From Mobula hypostoma (Eukaryota): DNA of 64,000 nucleotides. The position numbers were made by a program, and so were the translations under genes. Where the stretch lies: positions 111,230,001 through 111,294,000 of the forward strand of contig NC_086107.1 in assembly GCF_963921235.1 (NCBI RefSeq), given 5' to 3'. How positions within the stretch are numbered: position 1 is the first letter of the stretch; every line of letters starts with the position of its first letter. This document shows positions 1 through 11,758 of the stretch, piece by piece. The notes under the pieces were generated by a model. The model did no database searches, had not been told where the DNA came from, and was given only the letters and a program-made list of their open reading frames with translations.

Positions 1-130
1 TCTGTACTAAAGGGACATCCTTGTATTCTTAGACTGTGCCCTCTGGTCCTCCACTCACTCGCTATGGGAAACATTCTCTCCACGTTCACTATCTAGGCCT
101 TTCGATAGTCTATAGGTTTCAATGAGATCT
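1..130 (-). mobile_element. CR1-type LINE 3' fragment
   Basis: Reverse complement matches the CR1 ORF2 C-terminal region seen elsewhere in the window (GDLIETY...GLDRVNVERMFP...RTRGHSL). Confidence 0.75.
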
Positions 131-164
131 CCCTCCCCCCCAAAAAAATAGCAAAGGCAAGTTC

Positions 165-1330
165 ATTCCCCGCCCCGCCCCGCGGGACCGCATCCTATGT
201 GCCGGACATCAGCGAGTTATAAGAACGGAGCGCTCAGAGCCACTGACAAGACTTGCAAGCGAACTAGCTCCCTGCAGCGACCCCGAAGACGGTGGGAGCG
301 ACCTGCAACTTGAAACAACAAAACTATACGCACACCCCTCTCTCTCACACACACACAGTTCCAAATTCCTACCACCGCGGGCGCTAAGGGGCTCTTTAAA
401 ATACATACAAACTTGATTCAAAACATCTGGTTTACAGACAAGCGAGAAAGAAACACCCGCGTCCAACTCTGCCGAAAGGAAAGGCGAGGTGTACCGCGCA
501 CGTCTACAAATAAATAATGCTTCCTTTGATAATAACAAGGATGCAGAAACATGTCCCGTCTATTTCATTTATACTCTAAAATTATGTGTTTTTTTTAAAA
601 AACGGAGCAATCAGGTTACATACCGTCTCCGTTATTACTAAACTCCAGGTCCTTTCTAAGACACCCACGTTCCAGCGCACCGTGGAGGCGATTTGAAGAT
701 AAAACTACAGAGTAACAGGGTCTTGTCCACTTCAGTTAAAATGTACAACTCATTTTGGGGACAAGATGCAAAATCGTAACGCTACTCCGCTTTAAAAAAA
801 CGTTGTTTTCTTCCACTCTGGCCGGGTGCCGATGTCAGCTTCTGTCCCCGAATGCCAGCTGTCGGATTTGCCCGAAAATGAAGTCCGTCACCACAACCCG
901 GAGTATCAGCTCAGCCCCTCACAAGGCGGAGGTTTGAAAAATTAAACAGCTCTTCTCGAAGATTAAAAAAAAGTTTTAGAGGGCTCGCTTCCCCCCCCCC
1001 CCAGAAAATAATAGTTTGGGAGCGGGTGGAAGACAGATATCGGAGCGGGGACACCGATTCTTACCTGGAATCCCTGGAAGTGAAGCCAGTTGCCGAGTTC
1101 GAGCCCAAGCGAGACGCAATGATCACAAGTCGTTCTCACTCAAGCCAACGCCCTCCTCGCTCACCAGCGACTGCAGGACTTCCCAAAGCCTCACCCACTC
1201 CCCGCCAGACTTTTCCGTCCTTAAAGGGACTCATTGCAAATTCCTCCCGTAACTTGCTTTTAATTTTACTGGTAGGGACTCCGGACTTTTGGGTGGAAAA
1301 TAATGATTTCAGTCCGCTGTGTGTTTCGGG
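165..1330 (-). promoter_or_regulatory. CpG island / probable promoter of a minus-strand gene
   Basis: CpG density is visibly much higher than in the rest of the window. GC boxes CCCCGCCCCGCCC at ~168-180. Non-repetitive sequence containing a strong minus-strand splice donor. Confidence 0.65.
1065..1200 (-). other. Candidate first (non-coding) exon of an unidentified gene extending left of the window
   Basis: Minus strand reads ...GGATTCCAG|GTAAGA at 1065/1064, a consensus donor. No ATG in 1065-1200 on the minus strand. CTTTAAGG and ATTTGCAAT lie just upstream. The 5' boundary is a guess. Confidence 0.5.
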
Positions 1331-2119
1331 GGCTCTTTCACTAGAATTATATATGCTCTTATTGTAGTTTTTAGTTATTATTATGTATGTAGTCATAAAA
1401 ACCTTTAAATTGCAATAATAAATACAAATAAAGAATACAAAAAGAGAGCAAAAAATACTGAGGTCATGGGTTTATTGTCCATTCAGAAATCTGATGGCAG
1501 AAGGGAAGAAGATGTTCCTGCAATGTCGAGTGTGTGTCTTCAGGCTCCGGTACCTCCTCCCTGATGGTAGCAATGACCCGGCTGCTGAGGGTCCGACGTG
1601 ATGGATGCTGCCTGCTTGTGGCGTCGCCTTTTTGAAGGCGTCCTGGCCGCTGGGGAGGCTGGTGCCCACGACGGAGCTGGCTGAGTTTACAGATTTCTGA
1701 GAGAGGAGGGAATGAGAAAACACGGGGACCCCAAATCATCCAGCACAACTTCGGTTAGAGGGGAAATTCTGCGTCTCTTTTTAAGGAAGTGGTATTGGAA
1801 CACTTAGGTGGCGGGGTGGAGAGATGTCTCTACCAGAGGAGGCGTAGGGTGCTCCTTTCCTCTGCTAGCCTGGAAGTCACTCTCGGGCAAGGCATGGCGC
1901 CCCCCTCCCCATCAGGGTCACGCGAAGTCACGGGAGCAGGAGGTGGGTGGTCCGATGAGCAGGTGGTGCATATCACAAGTCCTGGTTATGCAACCACTGA
2001 CACCAGACAGACAATCTCTGAACAGTATTGATAATGGCTGGGGTCACCCTTCTTGTAAAGACACTGTCCAGAAGGAGGCAATGGCAAACCACTTCTGTAG
2101 AAAAGTTTGCCATGGTCAT

Positions 2120-2300
2120 GCACAAGACCATAGTCTGCAGACGCTGAAAATCCAGGCAACACACACAAGATGCTGGAGGAACTCAGCAGGCCAGGCAGCA
2201 TCTGCGGAAAAGAGTAAATAGTTGATGTTTCGGGCTGAGACCCTTCTCCAGGACTCCGGGTCTCGGCCTGAAACATCGACTGTTTACTCTTTTCCATGGA
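2120..2300. mobile_element. Penelope-like repeat end folded back on itself (inverted arms ~2206-2243 / 2258-2295), decayed hammerhead motif
   Basis: GGAAAAGAGTAAATAGTTGATGTTTCGGGCTGAGACCC versus GGGTCTCGGCCTGAAACATCGACTGTTTACTCTTTTCC. Confidence 0.7.
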
Positions 2301-2369
2301 TAAGACCATGATCGCCAATGTCATATGACATGGCACATAATGATAATGATGATGATGATTAGAACACAG

Positions 2370-2885
2370 AATAAATAGTACTGTACAGCTCATAATGTTG
2401 TGCTGACCTTTTAACCCACTCCATGATCAATCTACCCTTCCCACATAGCCCTCCATTTTTCTTTCATTCATGTGCCCATCTACAAGTCTCATAAACATCG
2501 CTAACGTATCTGCCTCACTCCCACCCCTAGCAGCACATTACATGCACGCTGGGTAGAACACCCAACTGTACTTTCCTTGAATCACTTTAAAATTATGTCC
2601 TTTCCTATTAGTCATTTCTCACCCCGAAAAAAAATGCTGACTGTCTATTCTCCTTCCTTCAGCGTTTTGTGCACATTGCTCAAGATATCGAGCATCTGCG
2701 GAATCTCTTGAGTATGTAATTTGCCACACATACGTCATACCATCGTGTACACCCTAATCAAGTCACTGCTTATCCTCCTTCGCCCCAAAGAGAAAAGCCC
2801 CAGCTCACTCAGCCTCTCCTCATAAGGCATGCTCTCTAATCCAGGCAGCATCCTGGTAGATCTCCTCTGCACCCTTTCTAAAACT
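2370..2885 (-). mobile_element. Degenerate CR1 LINE 3' fragment(s)
   Basis: Reverse complement resembles the CR1 C-terminus ([17 protein letters not shown]) and 3' UTR. Confidence 0.65.
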
Positions 2886-3349
2886 TGGGGCGCTTCGTCG
2901 GACTGGGCAGAATCAATATGGATTTATGACAGGAAAATCGTCTTGGAACAATCAGTGGGACAGAAGGTTTTTGGGTTGTAGCTAACAGAATCAGTGAGGG
3001 TAATGGATGTATATAGACTTACACCTTTGAGAAGGTGGCATACGGAAGTGTTATTAAGTAAAATTAAAGAGTTTGTTCTTGGGTGATTTACCAGCCTGGA
3101 CCGAGGATCGCTTAACGGACAGGATGCAGGAATAAAGAGGTCATTTTGGGATAGGGAGATTGTAACCATGCATGGATGGGTGCAGGAATCTCAGCTGCTC
3201 ATGGCTCTCATAAATGACTTGAATGAGGGGGCAGCCAGGTGAAATATGTCTGAGTTTACTGATAATATGAAGCTGGGTGGCAGTATGGTTTGTGAAGACA
3301 ATACAGAGAGGCTTCAGAGGCAGATACGATATAGTACTGTGCAAAAGCC

Positions 3350-3351
<2 letters not shown>

Positions 3352-3392
<41 letters not shown>

Positions 3393-3400
3393 TACACACA
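3352..3400. repeat. (CA)n microsatellite inside a decayed Tc1/mariner-like MITE (~3332-3438)
   Basis: CA run flanked by TAGTACTGTGCAAAAG and GTGCCTAAGACTTCTGCACA. Confidence 0.8.
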
Positions 3401-3808
3401 CGCATATATGTATTTAGGGTGCCTAAGACTTCTGCACAACGTGGAGCAGAAAGTAAGTTAGCAAACCTGGTTGAGAGCAAAGGATGTTGGGAGGAGGGTG
3501 GGACATGTGGTAGAGAAGGAAGGCCAGGCACGGGTGCAGACTCACAAAGCCCTGAGACACCAGGCACGGTCACTAGGTTCCAAACAATTGGTTTATTGAT
3601 CATTACAGAATGTCTCTCTGGTGCTTCCTGCTCCCTCCCCTCTCCCTTCCCCTTTTCCAACCGTGATTCCCCTCTCCCTGTCCCCCCTCCCACTCTCAGT
3701 CCACAATAAAGACCCATAACAGAATCAGGTTTATCATCACTCGCATATGTCATGAAATTTGATTTTTTTTATTGCGGCAGCCATACAGTGTGATATATGA
3801 AATTACTA

Positions 3809-3875
3809 CAGTACTGTGCAAATGTCGTAGGCACCCTAGCTATATATATGTGTCTAAGACTTTTGCGTTGTACTA
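3809..3875. mobile_element. Tiny palindromic Tc1/mariner-like MITE
   Basis: TA|CAGTACTGTGCAAATGTCGTAGGCAC ... GTGTCTAAGACTTTTGCGTTGTACTA|TA: imperfect TIRs with TA flanks. Confidence 0.6.
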
Positions 3876-3985
3876 TACATTAGGGACTTTTAAGACACAA
3901 AATACTCTGCAGATGCTGGGGTCAAAGCAACACTCACAACATGCTGGAGGAACTCAGCGGGTTGGGCAGCATCCGTGGAAACGAT

Positions 3986-4023
3986 CAGTCAACGTTTCGG
4001 GCTGAAACCCTTCATCAGGACTG
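3986..4023 (-). ncRNA. Minimal type-I hammerhead ribozyme motif (Penelope-associated)
   Basis: Minus strand: CAGTC CTGATGA A GGGT TTCA GCCC GAAA CG TT GACTG. Confidence 0.7.
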
Positions 4024-4271
4024 TAGAGGGAGGGGGCAGAGGCCCTATAAAGAAGGTGGGGTTGGGTGGGAAGGAGAAGGCTGGTAGGTTCCAGGTGAAA
4101 AACCAGTAAGGGTTAAAGGGGTGGGGGAGGGGAAGCAGGGAGGGGATAGGCAGGAAAGATGAAGAAGGAATAGGGGAAAACACAATGGGTAGTAGAAGGA
4201 GGCTACCTACCAGCCTTCTCCTTCCCACCCTCCCCCCACCGTCTTTATAGGGCCTCTGCCCCCTCCCTCTT

Positions 4272-4309
4272 CAGTCCTGACGAAGGGTTCCGGCCCGAAA
4301 CGTTGACTG
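4272..4309 (+). ncRNA. Minimal type-I hammerhead ribozyme motif (Penelope-associated)
   Basis: CAGTC CTGACGA A GGGT TCCG GCCC GAAA CG TT GACTG: stem I CAGTC/GACTG, core CUGANGA and GAAA, palindromic ACGU stem III. Confidence 0.72.
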
Positions 4310-4739
4310 ATCGTTTCCACGGATGCTGCCCGACCTGCTGAGTTCCTCCAGCGTGTTGTGTGGAACTTTTAAGAGGTGTTTAGATAGGCATATGAATATG
4401 AGGGAAATGGACGGATTTAGACATTGTGTATACAAAGGGATTCACTTAGTTGGCAATTTTATTACTAATTTAATTGGTTTGGCAAAATATTGTGGGCCGT
4501 AGGGCCTGTTCCTGTGCTGTACCATTGACTAACTTTTTCATTTACATAGAGATACAACACAGGATAAGCCTTTCTGGTCCTTCAAACCACGCCGCCCAGT
4601 AACCCCCGATAACCCTGATTTAATCCTAACCTAATCACGGGACAATTTATAATGACCAATTAACCTACTCACTGGTATGTTTCGGACTGCAGGAGGAAAC
4701 CGGGGGGACCCGGTTGAAATCGAGCTCTCACACATCATT

Positions 4740-5130
4740 CGTGCCTGCAGCTCGTTCCACACTCCCGTGACTCTCTGAGTGAAGAAGTTTTCCCTCATAT
4801 TCCTCTTAAACTTTTCACCTTTCCCCCTTCACCCCTGACCTTTGGTTATAGTCCCACCCAACCTCAGTGGAAGTAGCCTGCTTGCATTTACTCCCTCATA
4901 ATTTTGTATACCTCTATCAAATCTCCTCCCAATCTTCTGCATTCCAAGGAACACAGTCCTAACCTATTCAAACTTTCCTTATAATTCCAGACCCGACAAC
5001 ATCCTCATAATTTTTGTCTGTAATCTTTCAACCTTATTTACGTTTTTCCTGTAAGCAGGTGACCAAAACTGAACACATTACTCCAAATTAGGCCTCATCA
5101 AGGTTGTACACAACTTCAAGATAACATCCC
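4740..5130 (-). mobile_element. CR1 LINE 3' fragment
   Basis: Reverse complement resembles PNLEYCVQFWSP...GDLIEVYKIMR...NFFTQRV. Confidence 0.75.
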
Positions 5131-5151
5131 AAAATATGTCTGCGTGCCTTC

Positions 5152-5410
5152 ATGTCAGGCCTGCACTGGCAGGCACCTCCCTGTCTCCACCCAGCTAGCA
5201 GGAGCCACCTGCCACTTATTTCCAACTCATCACCTGCAGCCTATTTAAACCCAGGTCTCATCTACGGCCCTTGTTCACTCATACGAACCATCCAACCTCA
5301 ACCAGTTGCTCCTAGCCTTCAGTTACCCAGTTGAGCTAAGTATCTGTTCTCTCTTATTTTGTGGTCTCTTTTTGGCTTGTTAATTTGCGGCTGTTTGTAA
5401 AATATAATTT
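5152..5410 (+). mobile_element. Possible solo LTR fragment
   Basis: Starts TGTCA, contains CACCTG motifs and TATTTAAA. No clear 3' CA end or TSD found. Confidence 0.3.
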
Positions 5411-5419
5411 ACTGCTAAA

Positions 5420-5860
5420 TAGTACAAAAAGAGATCAGAATAGTGAGGTGGTGTTCATAAGTTAATGGACTTTTCAGAAATCTGATGATGGAGGGGAAGA
5501 AACTGGGTGATGGGGGTCCTTCATGTTGGATGCCGCCTTCTCGGGGCATTGCCTTTTGGAGGTGTCCTCGATGGAGGGGAGGCTTTTACCTGTGATGGAG
5601 CTGGCTGAGTTTACAACCCTCTGCAACTTTTTCCACTCCTGTGCACTGGGGACGCCATACTAGACGGTGATGTAATGAGTCAGAACGTTCTTCACGGTAC
5701 ATCTGTAGAAATTCGCTGGAGTCTTTTTTGATGTGCCAGAAGTCTTCAAACCCCTAATGCAGCATAGCTGCTGGCACGCCTTTGGCGTGATTGCATCAAT
5801 ATATTGGGCCAGGGAGAAATCTTCTGGGACGTTGACAACCCAGGAACTTGAAGCCACTCA
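5420..5860 (-). mobile_element. Rex/Babar-type LINE 3' fragment
   Basis: Minus-strand translation KACQQLCCIRGLKTSG...NFYRCTVKNVLT resembles the Rex/Babar C-terminal motif KAxQRLYFLRRL...NFYRCTVESILT. Confidence 0.7.
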
Positions 5861-7502
5861 CCCTTTCCAACTTTTTCTCTTAGTATCAGAATCAGGTTTA
5901 ATATCACCGGCGTACATTGTGAAATTTGTTGCTTTGAGGCAGCAGCACAATGCAATAAAAACGCCGTAAATTAGAATGCACAATCTATATAAAAATTAAA
6001 TAATATTGCAAAAATGAGAGCAAAAAAAAAGAAAAAAATGTGAGATAGTGTAGATGAACTTATTGTCCATTCAGAAACCTGATGACGGAGGGGAAGAAGC
6101 TGTTCCTGAATCACTGAGTGTGTGTCTTCAGGCTCCTGTACCTCCTCCATGATGGTAGCAATGAGAAAAGGGCATGGTCTGCCATCTTTTTGAGACATCA
6201 CCTTTTGAAGGCGTAACACTGAAGCAGGTTCGCGGGTTTGGTGAATGAGGGAGTAAACGCTGACTGTGAATTAGCATATTAGTCATTTAATGACAAACAG
6301 TAAAAAATACGACCAAACATTCCTGCAAGTTACACAAACTACAGAACTAAATATTCAACAAATATGCGCGCGGGGCATGCCTTCCCAATGGTTCCGGGGA
6401 TGAAAGGAGAGGTAGAATCTCTCACGTGCTATTCTTTATACTCCCGGGGCGTTTGAAACTGGACACTAGATGCTGTGACATGCAAGCCAGCCAATAGGAG
6501 GAGCAGCAGCAGTTTTTAAACTGACTAATCATGACAGAAGAGGGTTTTGAACAGCAAATATGCCACGCCCCCCCCACCCCTGCACAGGACAGGAGGTATC
6601 CAGGGTGTTGAGGTGGTTAGGGCCCATGATCAGGCTGGCCGAGCTTACGACTGCCTGCGGCCTTTTTCTGATCCCGTGCAGTGGCCCCTCCAAACCAGGT
6701 TGGGATGCAATCAGTTAAAATACTCTGCACGGTACATCTGTCGAAATTCGCGGAGGCACATTTCTGACATTTCAATAGAGATTGCACTTATAAAATACCT
6801 TATTGGCTGTAAATCGTTTCACGGGAGGGGTCAGAGGTTACGAAAGCCGTAGAAGAACCACTTTTGGGGTTTCCTCCCTGTACCTGGTCTGTTTCGGAGA
6901 CAATCATCCAATAGAATTCCAAACGGAAGAGTATTATTCTGTCTGCAATCGTTCTGAATGGGAGTACTTAATGCTTCCCTCGAGAGCGGCATATAAAATG
7001 CCATGTTTTGGCAGCTCCAACGTGCAACAACAAAAGAGACAGCGGAGGATTGAAGACTCATCCAGGGGTTTATAAGAATATAAGAATACAATACTTTGAT
7101 ATTGTTCTTTTGCTCTAGTTATTGTAACTTTGAGTATTTTTTATGTCTTGTGGAGGGCAATGTAATTGGTGGAAAGGTACAGAATTCACAGCTGCCAACG
7201 TCGAGTTGGTGTTCACTTTAAGAGGCTTGTCTGACGTGAGGAGGTAGTTACATAAAGGACTTCCTGTACAGTTTTTTTGTGTTCAATAGAAGAGTTGCTA
7301 CATTTTTTCTTAAATGTAAAACACCTCTGCCATTTCATTTGCGAAAACCTACACCACAAAACAGCAGGTTTCGCAATACACAAGGAACCCAGCACGTCAG
7401 GCAGCATCTATGGAGAGGAATAAAGAGTCAACACTTCAGGCCAAGACCCTTCATGCTGACTCAGTAATTTAGCTACATACTTCACAACATACAGTGATAT
7501 GA

Positions 7503-7790
7503 TAGGCATCCGTTAGTCTCATGAGACCATGGATTTGTGTCTTGGAAGGTTTCAAGGGCGCAGGCCTGGGCAAGGTTGTATGGAAGACCAGCAGTTGCCC
7601 ATGCTGCAAGTCTCCCCTCTCCACGCCACCAATGTTGTTCAAGGGAAGGGCATTAGGACCCATACAGTTTGGCACCGGTGTCGTCACAGAGCACTGTATG
7701 ATTAAGTGCCTTGCTCAAGGACATACACGCTGCCTCAGCTAAGGCTCGAACTAGCGACCTTCAAATCACTAGACGAACGCCTTAACCACA
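7503..7790 (-). mobile_element. tRNA-derived SINE with CORE-like middle and RTE-like tail
   Basis: Minus strand: GTGGTTAAGGCG...AGTTCGAGCC (A and B boxes), then TGTCCTTGAGCAAGGCACTTAA. A second copy lies at ~36618-36920. Confidence 0.7.
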
Positions 7791-8494
7791 CAACATACAG
7801 TATGTTAGTGATAATACACCTGATTGTGTTTATTCCCTTTACTGGGACTGCATTTTGCAGACTGCATTATTTAACTTTTGACACTTGTGAATTGTCACCT
7901 ATTCCATAGTATGTCTTGTACAGATTGAGGGACTACCACCGAGACCCTCCCGAATAGTACGTTAGCAGATTGTCATCTCATATCCTCCTGCTTCCCATTG
8001 AAAATCCTAGTGCAAGATTACTGCCTTGAACAGGGTGAGTGCCTTTCTGTTTCCTTCTTGATAAGGAGTGTGGTGTAAAGGATCGATCGAAGTTGTTCAC
8101 AGTGTGGCTCCACTCATACCGTGACAAAACAGACAGTGTTAGCAGGTTTACTCAGTGATCCCAGTGTGGAAACTGAAGCAAGGCAAGGGTTAAATTATTA
8201 TTGTTCAGGCAAGGATAGTTTATAGATAGTGTGTAGACAGTCCAGGCAAGAGAGCTCTTTGAAGAGCATTGGTACAGCAAGGGAGCAGAGCCATTTGACA
8301 TACCAAGACAAGATAAGAAAGTAAACAAAGGATTCTAGAATGACACTTACTGTTGGCCAGTTATTTTAGTAATTCTGAAGTACTATTGGCCTTTAACGTG
8401 CAGATTCTATTGGCTGTTAATACCTAGATTATCATAGTGTTCTATAATGCAAATCAGGAATTTGATCATACACAAGGTCACCAATTGGTCAGAA

Positions 8495-8790
8495 TTTATT
8501 TATTAATTGAAATGCAGTGTGGAATAGGCCCTTCTGGCCCTTCGAACCGTGCAGTGCAGCAAGCCATCGATCTAACCCTGGCCTAATCATGGGACAATTT
8601 ACAATGACCAATTAATCTACTAACCGGTATGACTTTGGACTGTGGGAGGAAACCAGAGCACCCGGAGGAAACCCACGCAGTCACGGAGAGAACGTACAAA
8701 CTCCTTAACAGGCAGTATTGGGAATTGAACCCATGTTGACTGTACTGTAAAGTGTCGTACTAAAACCACTACGCTACTGTGATGCCCTCC
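8495..8790 (-). mobile_element. V-SINE (HE1-like). Further copies at ~22585-22870(-), 26248-26700(+), 44895-45165(+), 48335-48635(+), 51365-51615(-), 54762-55060(+)
   Basis: V-domain GGGTTTCCTCCGGGTGCTCTGGTTTCCTCCCACAGTCCAAAG, tRNA-like head and CR1-like tail GAAGGGCCTATTCC. Confidence 0.8.
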
Positions 8791-8811
8791 CTATATCCAT
8801 TAGTCAATTTA

Positions 8812-9250
8812 TAACCATATAACTATATAATAATTACAGCACGGAAAGAGGCCATCTCGGCCCTTCTAGTCCAACTAACCTAGTCCCACCGACCTGCACT
8901 CAGCCCATAACCCTCCATTCCTTTCCTGTCCATATAGCTGTCCAATTTAACTTTAAACGACAACATCGAACCTGCCTCAACCACTTCTGCTGGAAGCTCG
9001 TTCCACACAGCTACCACTCTCTGAGTAAAGAAGTTCCCCCTTATGTTACCCCTAAACTTTTGCCCTTTAACTCTCAACTCATGTCCTCTTGTTTGAATCT
9101 CCCCCACTCTCAATGGAAAAAGCCTATCCATGTCAACTCTATCTATCCCCCTCATAATTTTAAATACCTCTATCAAGTCCCCCCTCAACCTTCTACATTC
9201 CAAAGAATAAGGACCCAACTTGTTCAGCCTTTTTCTGTAACTTAGGTGAT
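8812..9250 (-). mobile_element. CR1 LINE 3' end
   Basis: ORF 8880-9218 (YSLECRRLRGDLIEVFKIMRGIDRV...NFFTQRVVAVWNELP) followed by a short tandem-repeat tail. Confidence 0.9.
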
Positions 9251-11164
9251 GGAATTTCTGGAAAAAGATGTAATTTCTTTGCTCAGACTTCAGAACAGTT
9301 TGATGACAGGGGTCGTACTGTTCTCCTAGTGCATGAATAAACCTGTTGAGGAACGAGTGAGTTAATCAGTGATGACACAAGATGTCAGCCTCTGTGTGAG
9401 ACTAGAGTCACGGCTCCCTGTTTATTCCATCTCTCCCCAGGGCTGCACCTCACAGTTCATCACTCCCGTTCTCCTCCACTCAGCTAAAAAGGAAGCTTAA
9501 ACTTATAAATACAAATAAGAACAGAAAATCCTCCAAAAACTCGGCAGGTCAAACAATCCCATCTTCCCCTCAGTGAAAATGTTTCAATTCTGGCAACATT
9601 CTAGTACCCTCTCCACCCTCTCCAGATCAATCACATCTTTCCTATAATGGCTTCAAAAAGGAACAAAGGTTCATTTGTTATCAAATTGCGTATGCAGTGT
9701 ACAACTCTGACGTTTGCTTTCTACAGATAATTACAAAAACCATGGTGGTCGTTCATAGAGAAACATCACCCCCCCCCCCACCACCACAGTATGCTCAAAA
9801 AAATCATGCAAACAGCAACACGACGTCAACCCACCAGGTGAAAAAAATTGTGCAAATGGCAACGTCAAACCCTCCCCCCACGCAGAAAAACAAATCGTGC
9901 AAACAGCGGGAACATCAAACACCAAACCTCCCCCCACAAAAAAAACTAACAAATCGCGCCATATAGTAACAAGAAAGATGGGAGAAAGCACAGAATATAT
10001 ATAAAAAAACATAAAGTTGAAAGAGTCTAATTTGAACGGCAGTCCACAGTCCATAAATTGCAGAACTTTGGTAACATCTTCCGACTGTGTTGAGGGAGAG
10101 AGAGAGACCACTCGAACACAAAGGTCTTCTCTCGGGAACAGCGAGCGAGAGATCAGTCACACAGACACCTTCCCTCGGGGGCAGTGAACGAGAGATATGT
10201 CACAGCGGCGAGCAAGAGGCAGGTAGCTGGCGCTGAGCACTTGCTGACTGACTGCCCCGCCTCTCAGCGTCTCCACCTCGAGGCCGCTCGCCTCCTGGAA
10301 TTTTTCTCAGAGACAGCAAAGTACCCAGATCGCTCAATCGATCGGGTGTATAATGTGACAGGGCTGTATACAGAGTTCAAATGATGTTGGCTGCAGGTTC
10401 AACATAATCTTCTTTTAGTTGTATTCTGGATTTTGATTAATGATTTAAAACATCCCAACTATTAAGGATCTGTGAACATTCATTCCAAGGACCTCTGTTC
10501 CTCCACACCTCTCTGTATCCAATTATTTATTGTTCATTTCTTTGGCTCCTTACATTTTCCAAAAGAGATTACCTAACACTTGTCTATTTGAAGTATGCAA
10601 CCCATCCTACCAGGTAATCTAACTCTTCCCGGTCAATAAGATACTAGTATAGTCAGAAGAATGACTGACTAGCTGAACGTAAAGAGTGGGAAGACTAGTT
10701 GGCTGCTGATGACTACTGGTGACCAGGGTGGAAATGTCTAATCAAATTCAAGTTCAGTTTTATCGTAATTCAACCAGACATATGTATGCCGCCAAACAAT
10801 ACAATGTTCCTCTGGACCAAGGTGCACCACACAGTATGTATCACTCACACACACAACACGTAAAGCAATATTACCACAACTAAATTAACAAATAATAAGG
10901 TGCATTTATGACACAAGTTAAAAAGTAAACAGTATAACGCTACTGACGCTTCATACGTGATGAGACCTGGGTGGTGGCAGGGAGCTCAGTAATCTCACTG
11001 CTTGAGGGAAGAAGCTGTTTGCCGTTCTAACAGTTCTTGGCCTAATGCTATGGTACTTCCTGGCCGATGGTAGGGGATCAAAGAGATTGTTGGCCAAATA
11101 AGATGAGGGGGTATAATTTTAAGGTGATCAGGCAAAGTATAGGCTATCGATTCCTATTGACAGA

Positions 11165-11660
11165 GATGGTGGTGGGGACAAGCTCCTATTAAATGCTCCC
11201 AATGGTGTGCATCTCAAATAGCCTCTGACAACCAAGTCCAGCTCCTGACCTTCACGTGTGGCTTAGCTACTAAGCCTAGCAGAACCATTTCTACTGACAG
11301 GAGAAGGGGTAAAGTTGGGTTACCGGCACCATAAAACCAGTCGCTTTGGGTACATGGGGCTCATCAGCCGTGATTAGCAGCTCATCTAGGAGAAAGAAAA
11401 CTCTGATCTCAAACCTTCACTGCCTTGTGGCTATAACTATTCATGGAGAAGGCTTCGGGACTAAACCCCAAGGGAAAAATCCAGAGCTGGAGTCCTTAAG
11501 GCAGTCCTACACCGAGTTCAACGTTGACTGGCAATTCCTGTGGTGCTATTGGTGTCAAACTGTATCAGTCTCTGCCATTCCTTTGAAGAGGGGGAGCTTG
11601 CTACATTGGCAACAGTTTGCTCTCTGTACTGTACTGCCCTGGCTTGCATATCCCATAGGC
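11165..11660 (+). mobile_element. Non-autonomous RTE-like repeat. Related copies at ~28945-29320(-) and 58905-59955(-, interrupted)
   Basis: The same sequence blocks (CCAGAGCTGGAGTCCTTAAGGCAGTCC, CCTTCACGTGTGGC) recur in these copies. The RTE assignment is inferred. Confidence 0.55.
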
Positions 11661-11758
11661 AGCTGGGATGCAATATCCTCCCCTGTGAGGACTGACCAAT
11701 GGAGAACCTCATGGGAGAATGTCAGAGCTAATTCAGAGGGAGGAGGGTGCGTGGAGTG

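Larger units (their letters stand above)
3896..4361. mobile_element. Penelope-like element end with inverted pseudo-LTR arms, inserted into a CR1 3' fragment
   Basis: Arms ~3930-4089 and ~4205-4360 are near-perfect reverse complements. Flanked by GGACTTTTAAGA (3884-3895) and GGAACTTTTTAAGA (4362-4375), an approximate TSD. Confidence 0.8.
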
